This document shows positions 14,626-25,769 of a stretch of DNA of 64,000 bases, piece after piece. Within the stretch, counting starts at the first letter, position 1, and every line of letters begins with the position of its first letter. Position numbers and translations under genes: made by a program. The DNA is taken from assembly GCA_036172245.1 (NCBI GenBank), contig JAYWIR010000020.1, forward strand, positions 3,100,001 to 3,164,000, in the 5' to 3' direction. The notes beneath the pieces were generated by a model. The model ran no database searches, was not told the origin of the DNA, and saw only the letters and a program-made list of their open reading frames with translations. This stretch comes from Raillietiella orientalis. Lineage: Eukaryota.

Positions 14626-15775
14626 ATGATGGAAAGTTGTAAAATACTACATCCTTCAACCAGAAATCATCTTTCTATCTTGCTCAATCCCAAAAAGCTG
14701 CTTACAACAGATAATGGTCTCCCTAGGTATAAAATAATAGCTTAAAGGTTTAAAGTCTTCCATTACTGTTATCTCACCAGAGACTGGCGTGGTTTAGCTG
14801 AAATGATTGGGTTGCCAAGTACGTATATTTGTAGTTGTGAGGCTAGCAATGATCCCACAGCATTAGTGCTGCAGCTATGGCTAAACGACAAGTTGGCAAT
14901 AACTCCCACCATTAATAGTCTGATTCACTGTCTTGAAAGCATAGACCGATTTGATGTCATTGATGATATAATGCCTTTAATTGGTGAGCTATGTAGCTTT
15001 CTAAAATACTCATGTTTGAACCCATTTATCTCTAGAGAGAGACATTTCCCAGCAAAACTCCCAGAAACGCATTGCATCAGATTGGAAGCATGCTGATGTG
15101 TTCTTGCTGTATGCAGATTGTGATGTACAATTTGCACAGCAAATTGCTCAATTTTTAGAAAATGAGACAAAGTTACAAATCTATTTTGCAGACAGAGACA
15201 TGCCAGGAGGCATGTTGGACATCCCTACTAAGCTAACAATTGCAGAACAATGCCACTATTTCATCATCCTACTGTCACCTGCATTTTTTCATTGTCCCAT
15301 TGCTCAAGTTTGCACCAGGTTTGCTCAATGTATGTTAGCAAGTAAGTGGCCCAACCCTCCATAGGATATTTCCATTTGTTACATAGATAACAGCAAAATC
15401 ATCCCCATCATTTACCAAGCTTGTAGCATCCCCAAGCAGTTTGAATTCCTCACATATTTCAGCAAGCTTGATTACTCTCGCAGTGAGCAGCCAGACATGT
15501 TCTGGCAACGACTGAAGAATGCCCTACTGATGAAATACAGTGCTTGGGAAACCAACAAAACAGATGGGAACCACCATGATGAGGATTCTGATTACTGTTC
15601 AGAAGAATCTCTGGTTGGCATGGTTACATCAAATCCAACCAATCAGGTGTCTTCCCTACCACAACAATCAGGGCCAATTTCACTCTTGCAGCGTGTGTGC
15701 AGAAGGAAAAAAACACACAGCAGATCCAAAGGTTACCTTCAGCTTAACATCCCTGAGAACAATTTATTAAATTAA
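14626..15775 (+). CDS. MyD88: Myeloid differentiation primary response protein MyD88 (death domain + TIR), ~332 aa
   Basis: Exons 14626-14726, 14781-14983, 15036-15341, 15387-15775 with GT-AG introns of 54, 52 and 45 nt and consistent phases (999 nt). Death domain LSILLNPKKLLTTDNGLPRDWRGLAE...LESIDRFDVIDD; TIR DVFLLYADCDVQFA...DRDMPGG...KIIPIIY...FWQRLKNAL. An acceptor-like ttgcag at 14610 suggests an upstream exon. Confidence 0.92.
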
Positions 15776-18700
15776 CTTCACGACCATTGGTTCCCCAATG
15801 GCACATTGTTCAAGTTTAACTTTTCTTCGTTGCTTTTTTATCTCTCTTTTATCAACAGGCTCAGCTAACAATTTCTACAAATCCGTTAGCCCCGCATTTC
15901 ATGATTACTCTTCATATCTTACCAGTAAGCTCTCATCTTTCAGTTCTTTCTCTGAACTATAGAAGGACTTATCAAAGGGCAGTCCTGTAATTTTGTGTGA
16001 GCCTGTCTTCATCAACAGCACCGTAAATTTGAACTGGGTAACAATTTCACCTGGTTTCTCGTACAAAACATGGAATGGCTCCACTAATTTGTGAGTCACA
16101 CACTCCACCAAACCCATTCTTGCTTTCTTTTGGTCAGAAAAATTCCGTAAATGGAAAGGCAACAACTGGAACCTCTTCTCTGTTTCAGAAAGAAAGATCC
16201 TACTAGCCTTCAGCTTTAGATTGTAGGCTACCTCAGTTTTCTTGTAGACAGTGGGACGGGGCTCCTGCTCTTTTGCCTGTGAGAAATAACTTTTGTTTTA
16301 AATGCCTACAGACAGTAGATGCATGTGGTACCTGTCCTTCTCCAGTGGACATGAGCACATCCATAGCATATACCTCATACATTTCAAATGTTTCTTTTTC
16401 TTGATCACGCCGTTGTTGCTCATTAGGGTTCTGAATGATAGTTTTCTTGCCATCAATATGGAACTGTTGTAACTGATGACTTAACATGCCTTCCATAGGA
16501 TGGCATCCAAAAGCTTCAGCAACTTTTTGTACAGCATCAGTTACTGCTGTATTCTGGTGTCTTCTGTTATCTCTTGATTTGGAATTCCAGAGATCCTTAC
16601 CTCATTTCCTGGCTGCACAAGTCTCAAAGCAATTTCAGATGCATAGTATGCTGCCAGCATAGCATCTGCTTTTGGTCCAGTGACCTTTTTAAACTTGGAA
16701 GCTCCAATCACAATTGTATGAGCAACCACTGCTATGAAGCCATCAATATGTGCACCTAAGTCACTAACAACAGAATCTTTATCCGTTACTCGATTTTATG
16801 TATCACTTACATTTTGACCACATCACCATCCTTTACAACAACATCTGTATCACTAGACAATGGGGAAAAATGACACACACAGTTGTTTATTGAGATGCAA
16901 GTAGGAAAGGCAATCCCTAACAAAAAAAAAAATCATGAATGCCTGGAAAAACTGAATATGATCAAGGACTTGTAACTTCTGGAAACTTTAATCAAATATC
17001 TTGAAATAAATGAATGAAATTAAAACAAAAAATTGAAGGAAAAAAAAAAAGACTTAAATGTCTAAAGACTCTAATATAACAAATTTGCTAACAGTACGAA
17101 CTAATCATTATGGACAGTGATTTCTAAACACTAAGGAATTCATAGAACTAAAAATAAAATATGAACTTTAAATTAATAAAATGAGAACAGAATACTACTT
17201 CTATTATGCAATGAATTCAGCATTCACAAGAAACTTTTAAAATTAGATGGTATGCATATATATGCAACAAAACATCATCACTATAGATATCTTAAATCAA
17301 TACCACTAATTCCAAACAAGTGCATCAACTGTTGACGTTACATGCTGCAATATGCATTTAACAAAATGAGAATCCACTAACAGTGCTGGCAAAAATACTT
17401 CCCAAATCTATTTACTCTTACATAAGCAATAATTACTAACATATATACAAAAGGGTACATAATTTAACCTTTTATTGCACAAACTTGAACTTTTGATTCT
17501 CTAATCATGGTTTTCCACTGAAATTTGGGGAAGTAAATATCATGATTTACTTTTTATGTAAAAAACTTTGGCAATAACAGTTGCTAGTTAGAAAACCTGA
17601 ATGTTCAATTAAGTGTATCATATTTCCAACATTTCAAAGTTCAACTACGATCTTTTACACTAACAGCATGAAAAATTGATACACCCACTCAAACCTATGT
17701 TAATTAGAAATTACAACTTTGTGTTCAGAAGGCATCACATACTTCATCAATTACTTTCAACAGAATACTAGACATGAAACTTCCACTACAGAAAAGATTA
17801 GAATACCTGATGAAATACAAAGTACGGATGATAACTAATTAATGGATTTAGCATGTAGCCATTAAATTAATAAACACTGATAACATACTTACATCCTACA
17901 TACTAAAAATTAGAGCAAAGAAATCATTTATCTTTCAATAGTATGAATAACTGAATTCTTTCAGAAAAAAAAATCGAATTTTTTACTTCACAATTGATTT
18001 TTTCATAGATCTCATTATTAACGTTTACGTATAATACGAAAACAAAACATGGAAAATAACCAGACATACAATCAGTGGACAGATGAAGACCAGGGAAAAA
18101 ACAGCAAAGCCTAATTTCTAACTGGTTTGCCTCTGATGATAGCATTTATAGATGGACAAGTAAATAAATCTGAAACATGAACACCCTAGCTATTTAATAA
18201 ACCTCAGGGATCCTTCTTGCTTGCTTCAACATAGTTCTTTAAAATACACTAATAACCAACACTTCCGGAACATGGCTTATTTACATATTGCATAAAGAGT
18301 TCAACAATGAATTGTACAACTCTAGTTAAGGCTAATAATTTAAAACAAATTAAAGCAGATATAGCATAAAATTATTTGCATTAATTCATTAAGCTGTAAC
18401 ATCAATACATCATCACTAAAAAATGTGTATCAAGAACATAAAATCATAAAGTTTAAATCATTCAGCAAAGAAATTCTCAGCTGAAATTTGAAAGTTAAAT
18501 CAACAAAAAACAAAATCTATCATAATTCTTAATTTAAGCTATTGCTTAGTAGTTTAAATAAAGAATAATTACAATAGAAAGAAAGAATTATGATAGAATT
18601 TGTTTAGTAATTTAAACAGAAATTTGTGCTTAGTACACTCCTTTGCTTTTGTTTTTTTTAAATTTAATCTCTTCATGTTGATGCTAAAACAAAGTCTTGT

Positions 18701-19253
18701 TGTACTAAATGAGGTGCACTGTTTAAATTTCTAGCCTCACATTCCTAAGTTCCATAACATGTAATCCAACATCTATACTCTTTTACATGACCACATGCTT
18801 GTAGATGTTACTTTTATAACGTAATCTGAATAAATCAATTTATTATTTTAAATACCTTTCCTAAAATCTTTTTCCTTTTTAAAAATGGCATCCGTTTTCT
18901 CAATTATTAACCTGTCACCTTCCTCACACAATTCTCTGACAGAGGTTCCGGACTTACATTTTTCTATTAATTGTGTCAAAACACCTAAAACAAATAAAGG
19001 GTACATCCAACATGCAATAACCTCGATATTAAATCTAGAATAGTACAACCATAAAAAGTGTGGCCGTTTTTAACAGCCGAATTACAAATACGTACAAATA
19101 CAACAGGGAAATGAGGAATAATCACAAACTTTCAAATTCAGGATTTAACATAAATTCAGGAGTTTTGTTCTTACTATTGACAATAATTCCACATGCTTTG
19201 TATTTGGTGACAACAGCATCTTCAGCAATAGTTTTTTCATCCTTTTCTGCCAT
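15767..19253 (-). CDS. PA2G4: Proliferation-associated protein 2G4 (EBP1, M24-fold), ~386 aa
   Basis: Exons 19175-19253, 18856-18984, 16811-16916, 16601-16763, 16332-16553, 15923-16276, 15767-15874 (1161 nt, all GT-AG). Motifs: [91 protein letters not shown]. Confidence 0.95.
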
Positions 19254-20909
19254 TTTTTAAACCATTGATAACGCGCTTTTATTATGGCGCTTTCCGTCCA
19301 CACACATATGACGCAAACTTTAAAGTCAATTCTTTATACTGTAATTATAGAAGAAATTGTATTATCATTAAATACTTTTACTTGGAGAAAACACATATAT
19401 ATCTAGCACACATATTTAATAAACACAAGAAAATATAATATGTTGCGAAACTTCTTTGTAGCGAATAAGTATAAAAGAATACAGTAAATGCAATAAAAAA
19501 AAAATTCGAATGGTCAAAAATACCTAAAACTCCAAACTTGAAACCATCCTGACATACTCATACCTCTGTATGAGATTGAAAAGATAGTGCATTTGTTTTG
19601 TTTTAAGATTAATACCACTTATGAACGCAAATGAGCATGTATTTGAAAGATTTAGATATTGGAAGCATTATTCATTCTTTCAGCAACCTTCCTGAAAAAA
19701 GAATACATCAAAGATGACATCCTCTGTTTCTTTCTCAGAAATTGAGAAATCACTTATTGAGAATTTAAAAAAAACATGCAAATCTAGCGTATAGGTCTCA
19801 ATTCCAAATGTTCTTATTTTCTGCAAAGTATGATTACTAGTTCATAAAACTTTCTAGTTCTCCGGAACTATAATAGTTCAAGTATTCGACAAAAGCCAGA
19901 ATCTACAAACGGAATCAGACAAAAATCGAAAAAACGTCGAAAAATCAAGCTCTACGAGGTGAAAAACAGATCCTTAATATTCAGCTGTACCTTCGATTAT
20001 TGAAAACTGAGCTACTAATAACAAGATGTATATAAAACACGAAATTTGTGTCTATTTGAATACACATTATCTTTATTTTTTAGTTTGATAGTTGTCGATA
20101 TATCAATTTGTGATTCCATGTGACATAATGTACTTCAAAAACAATTATAATAGAAAAGATCTGTAGAGCGAACCTTTCTTTACTTAGCGAATTCAAAGCC
20201 GCCTTTTTTTTAATATAAATTCACTGAATAAAGTAGCACGTAATAATGAGAAACTGAAATGAATGAATTCTATAGGAAACTTAACTACAATTTCTAGAGA
20301 ATTTTATTGCATGTTTCACTAAATTTCGAATAATTATGAAATAGCTCAGCTGTATTATGAAATGTTGGAGCAGTATGTATAAAATTATTGAAACAATATT
20401 TAGAAATAGATGACATTACAGAATTAAATTTAAAATGAATGAATGGAAAGATAAAAAAATCCCAGAAACTAATCTCATACCAAAATCTAGGAAAAGTTTA
20501 GAGGATCTCCCAAATCTGAAGCAAGGGATGGAAAAATTATATAAAACTGATCTCACTTCATAATTTGAACCAAATACAAACTAAAAGAACTAAGACTTGA
20601 ATGTTTAAGGAGTTTTTATTTTTTTTATACTATCATTAAAGACTTTAATATTAAATTCTAATTAAGCAGTGCTTAATAAATTCATGCTAGAATTACAAAT
20701 AGCCACAAGAGAAGAACTTTTTTTGAAATTTTCCCCCATTTTACCTAATCACGCGATCTAACCTGGTTAACGACTATAGCGATTGCCTATGAACTTGTAG
20801 TCACTCAGTATTTCGTGCTTATCTTCTCCAATCTTACCTTCCAACTCGGTTACTTGGCTCTCTGTTCCTTCGTGTGTTGCCTTTTTCGACGAAACTCTCG
20901 CATATAAAC

Positions 20910-21003
20910 ATTATGCTTTCACTTGTTTCTCCCTCTCCTTACAGTTCCCTCGTGAAATTATGCTTTCACTTGTTTCTCCCTCTCCTTACAGTTCCCTCGT
21001 GAA
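20910..21003. repeat. Perfect 47-bp tandem duplication
   Basis: attatgctttcacttgtttctccctctccttacagttccctcgtgaa occurs at 20910-20956 and 20957-21003. Confidence 0.95.
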
Positions 21004-22984
21004 TACAGCTGTTTTGGACAACTGTTTTTGCCTAATTGGATTACTTCTGTAAACTCTACAACTCTACCACTTCTTACCATCCGTTTTTTTTAGATGTCAT
21101 TCACCTTCAATCATTAGCCAGATCTACGAATTTTTTGCTTTACAGTTTTTACCTAATTATTACATGTCTGCTGCTTTTCTTATTTATAATCATCTCTTAT
21201 TCGAAATATTATCATTATGCCATCAAGATTAGTTTCCATCCTCTCAACTAGGGCCCTTATTATACTACGTTTACCCAACCTATCTAACTGATTAAGCTTT
21301 GATCTTATCCCAGAAGAGACCTCTTTCATGCTATTATATGAATCAACTCTTCTTTCTCTGGTCCATTATTTTTTATTTATTCCTTTTTCTCTTCAGTTTC
21401 TTTTAAACATTGTTTTGTTGCCTTAATACTTAGCTTAAATTCCCTTTGACTTAGGTATTCTTCAGCATTCCTATCAATTAGTCTTGAAATCTCTCGTTTT
21501 AACTCGCTTTTTCTCTTTCAAGATCTTTCTCGGACGCTCTTTATTCTATACAGTCATTTCCATTTTATTTAAAAAATTATGAGAGTTTGATTTTCCCAAT
21601 CACGTGATTACTGTCAATTAGTATTTTTGTCTCTTCAAAAAAGGAAGTTTAGTTGCCTTGATCGTATACATGTGTTTTAGGTAGTAGACCCTATGCTTAT
21701 TTTTGGTTAGTTCAATATCTTTTCGAAAGCTTAGTCATAATTTATACGTTAAAATGGAGTATTTTCAATGAACTTCTAAAGAAAACTGGATCTCTCTGTG
21801 TCTGGGCAGTGGGTTGACATGGGCATTTGGTCTGACGAAAAAGGGTATCATTCTAGCGCGGGAAAAAAGTGAAAAAAGTGCATATTTTTTTTTTAAATAC
21901 AGAGAAGTGTTTGCATTCATAATTTATTTGTAATATACTAATTACATAGTATTTTTTACTCAGGATGCAATATCAGTGGTTTTAAGGAAATACGTGAACA
22001 GTGAGTAGTAGTAGCATTCAAGGAAAAAATGGTCGAGAAAAGTAACCAAAGGATTTTATTAGAGTGCAAATTTGAGCACTAAATGTAAATGTTTACTTTT
22101 CTCATGAAGTTGAAACGAGTTTTGTGCTGCAGAGCATAAGCAGTGAGAACTATATCGTAGTCGTAGCTTTATTTGATAAGAGTGTGAATACTCAGAAGTA
22201 GAAAGTATCTGAAAGATATGAATAGGAAAATAATATGTGACTTCAGTGACATTGAGGAAGATACATATGAAGCAATATTAAACACAGTTAAGCTCATTTT
22301 TGATGTTAGATCTTTTCCGTTTGACTGAAGTCAAGGAAAGTAGTCTTCAGGTAACTTGGTAGACTTGAGTTTGTTACACCTATAGATGTCAGTGTAATCT
22401 TTAATTTAGTTTCATTTGGCCGCTTCTCTTGCTAAAGATTTCAGAAAGGTATGTGAACTGTAACATGTTTATTAAAACAACTGAGACGGAACAATATTTG
22501 TGGCACAGTAAATTACCTAGTGCAAAGTTGCATAAGCAATTTGAAAACATGTGTTCATCAAGAATGAAAAGATGTGAAAATATTAAAATAGTCTGTTCTG
22601 TTCTTAATAGTCTTTTAAAGGTTAAGGTGAATGATGTGTATATTAGGAAAGGAAAGTTTTTGATAACTTTCATTTTATTGAAAGTACAGTGCAGTGCATT
22701 ACATCACCTGTAGACCTGTATTTTTTAAGTTAATAATAATTGCAAAGCAAAGAACAATATTTGTTTAAAGGTAAAATAATAAGACATCCTTACTAGTCAG
22801 CAGGATTGGATATAAATGGCTTTGTGTGTGTCCCTGTCTAGAAGGCAAGAAGCTTCAATTCTTATACTTGTGATATGTGATAATAAAGTGGCTAAGCTAT
22901 TAACAAATGAAGAAGCTTTATATCCAAACGAGACATTTGATAATTGTGAAAGTCATCACTGTCAACTTATAAATTAAACTGATC

Positions 22985-23795
22985 ACCAGCCATAGCAAAA
23001 TCAAGCAGCGTGCGATTTTTTTTTTTCCTCATAATAATATCAGAACTATGCTCTAGAAGGGCTATAGCAATTTGTTCATGCCCTTCATTAGAAGCAATCT
23101 GAAGAGTTCTACCATATTCATACCTACTCACATTCTTTAGAATCAATGTCAGTGCTGAATTTTAAAAGAAGCTCGATAATTTCTTTTTGAGCAACAATGT
23201 GGAGTGGTGTTAGGTCAGTTTTAACTTTGCAATTAACATCTGTGTTGTATTCCAACAGTGCCTCAATAACTCCCACATATAGTTCACATTTTTAAGTAGC
23301 AGCATGTAGCATTGTTATACCATTTTTAGTTTGAGTATTTACATTAGCTCCTGGACTCAAAAGCAACTTGGCAGTTTCTCCCTTAATATTAACATTAGGA
23401 TCTTTATCAAGAAAAATACAAAAAAATCCTCTATCCTTGTCTAAAGCAATAATACGCGATAGCATTCTTCCATGTTAATCCCTAGCATCAACATCAACAC
23501 CATGTTGTAAAAGAACTTCAACAATTTCTCTGCATTCCTTCTTAACAGCAATATTCAATGGTTCAGGATTATCTTCTACATTAGCATTACCAGTTAAAAG
23601 TAGCTTGGATATTTCTATATCGGCATTCTCAGCAGCCTAAAGTGGAGTTTTTCCAGTTTTATATTGAGCACCTACATCAGCTCCATGGCGTATCAATAGC
23701 TTAGCTACTTACGCCTATTTGGTTTCGGTTTCAAGAACATGTAAAGGCAAACCTTTTCCAGATGTTGGGTTGTATATACGAAGAGTTGTATAACA
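22985..23795 (-). pseudogene. Wolbachia/phage WO-like ankyrin-repeat gene fragment (pseudogenised nuclear insert)
   Basis: Minus strand, intronless, with stops and frameshifts: VAKLLIRHGADVGAQYKTGKTPL, IVEVLLQHGVDVDARD, DPNVNIKGETAKLLLSPGANVNTQTKNGITMLHAA, ALLEYNTDVNCKVKTDLTPLH. The ankyrin call is clear; Wolbachia origin is inferred from recalled similarity and from adjacency to argD and repA fragments. Confidence 0.75.
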
Positions 23796-23824
23796 TACGA
23801 ACAGCAGTACCGTATTTTAAGACC

Positions 23825-24588
23825 TCAACTGTGATTTACCAGCCAAAGGAGTCTTAAGCTCTATTTCTATTAGTAAACCCTCTCCACGAACTTATGAAAT
23901 TATCTTTGGAAATTCTTAAGCCAAAGGTAACAGTTTTTCTCTTAGATACTAACGAATCTTAATATGATCAAGAAAACTTTTTAACGTTACATTCGGAACT
24001 GCATTACAAAGGCCGTAGCAAGTGGACTACCAATATATGCTGATGCCTGAGTTCCTGCAGTGATTGCAAACGCTATATAATCTTTTAGTAAACATGCATC
24101 CATGGCAAATCCGTTACCCATTGCCTTTGCACAAATTAGCATGTCAGGTTCGATTTTTATATTTTGATAATGGAATAAAGAACCGATGAGCCCACATCTG
24201 CATTGCACTTCATCAAAGCAGAAGATCAAGTCTTAAGTCTCTGTTATCTCTCTTGCTTTCGAAGTTACTCCACATTCAGTGTACACACTCCAGCACATCA
24301 ACGTCATTCCTTGGAACTTTATGAAGTCTACAAATGAATGGAGTGAAACAGCGTGATTTCCCATTTCGTCCAGCAGAAATCGCAGGGCAGCACTGCGGTC
24401 ATTAAATCCTTTTTCTATTGGAATGTTGCGGTTACGCTTTGCTTGTCCCCTCTACGTGGAAATAACGGCAAATAGATGCAACTGCAGATTCTGTTGCTTC
24501 AAGCCTGCTAAGGCAAAAAAAAAAAAAAAAATCCGCATAAGTTAAGTGCTGCTGTTAAACACTCAGCAAGCCATTCTTGGTCTGTATC
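23825..24588 (-). pseudogene. argD: Bacterial (Wolbachia-like) acetylornithine aminotransferase pseudogene, 5'-truncated
   Basis: Collinear class-III PLP aminotransferase motifs across stops and frameshifts: SRLEATESAV, QAKRNRNI, AISAG, KVPRND, FCFDEVQC, EPDMLICAKAMGNGF, GSPLA, YLREKLL, VRGEGLLIEIEL. Closely resembles Wolbachia ArgD as recalled. Confidence 0.85.
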
Positions 24589-25600
24589 AATTGAGCGCGA
24601 GGTCAAGAAGCAGACCTTTTCCTGTTTCTCCTATTGTAGCTACTGTTTAAGGAAGACCGACAGGAATTTTTGCCTTGACACTGAACCAGTTTAGCCATTT
24701 ACTTTCCAACCCAGAATTTGCAGTGCTAGTTTCATAATGATTGTTCTTCAGTTGCTTTTAGCAAAATGAAAAAACTTTATCTTTTCCCAAACACCATCTC
24801 TAGTATCACAAATTTTTGGTTTTATCTTGCGGAATTTCTAGAACAGAAAGCGATGCAACTCCAAGTTCCAAAAGGCTTTTTCCAGTATTTTCGAGGTATT
24901 TATTACTTGCTTCATCATTATCCGGCCATATAATGATATGTTTGCCCTGTAAGCAGTCAGTTTTTTCAGGAGACGTTCGGGCCGATCGTTGTAGTTGTAG
25001 CTGTAGTAATTTCTTCCTCTATTAGCGCGTCTGCTCATTTGTCTCCTTCTACTAAGACAGCTTTATAGGATTTTAAGATATCTGGAATGTTATACAGAGA
25101 CCTCGTTCCTTTTGGTGCAATAAGTCTGGATCTTTTTGCGTCAAATAGTTTACACTCTTTTTTTCCTTAAGGGGAGTCATAGAGGTAAACCTTAGGGATG
25201 AACTGATCGTTTTCATCGTAGTAATTCCAGCTGTAAGTAGCAATTTCATCAAGCTTTTGATCAGTTTTTTGCGCTCCTGGACATTTTTTTACCACATCCA
25301 AGCCAGCCACTCACTTATAAAAGCCATCACTTCATAAAAGTCTGTTTGCACCTTTTCCCTGTGCACTAGCCTCCCCATATAGCAATAACATCACCTTTTT
25401 CTCCGGTTGCTAAGTCCTGCCGGACTTCTAGCTTTTCCACCAGTTAATGCTACCTACTTTCTAAGAGTACCGCTTACTTGGAATTAAGCGATGCTCTTAG
25501 GCTGTGTCCTTTGCTACCATCAACGTCACCTATTCAAAATTCGTCCCCATAAAAAGTACCTTTGGGAGATGGGTGAGAAAGGCAGGATGTTTATTTTGAT
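24589..25600 (-). pseudogene. repA: Phage WO RepA-like (TOPRIM primase + AAA) pseudogene fragment
   Basis: PKGTFYGDEF*IGDVDG, DLATGEKGDV, SWNYYDEND, RSLYNIPDILKSYKAVLVEGDK*ADALIE (TOPRIM Glu), IIIWPDNDE (DxD), LLELGVASLSVL, then Walker-A-like GETGKGLLLDLAL. Truncated where it joins argD. Confidence 0.8.
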
Positions 25601-25769
25601 GATGGTCGTGCTTTAACATCGTATGACACATGCATAAATTCACTTACAAATTGCCTTGATTGTATTCATCTGATTTACGAAAACTGTTCAGTTCTGTCTA
25701 ACCAAAGTTTTGAATTCTGAGAGTTTAAAAAAAAACTTTATTTTTTTAGAGAGAAAAAAAAAATCATGA

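Noticed and set aside
17217..17282. Possible C/D-box snoRNA in PA2G4 intron 2 (GTGATGA...CTGA on the minus strand)
   Set aside because: No terminal stem or recognisable rRNA guide; such motifs arise by chance in AT-rich introns.
20910..21003. Direct repeats as a CRISPR array (also 35581-35813)
   Set aside because: Only two copies each, no spacer periodicity, no cas genes, eukaryotic context.
22985..25600. Bacterial contamination or a functional operon
   Set aside because: All three genes are truncated, fused mid-gene, full of stops and frameshifts, and embedded among eukaryotic elements; this fits an old nuclear insertion better, pending read support.
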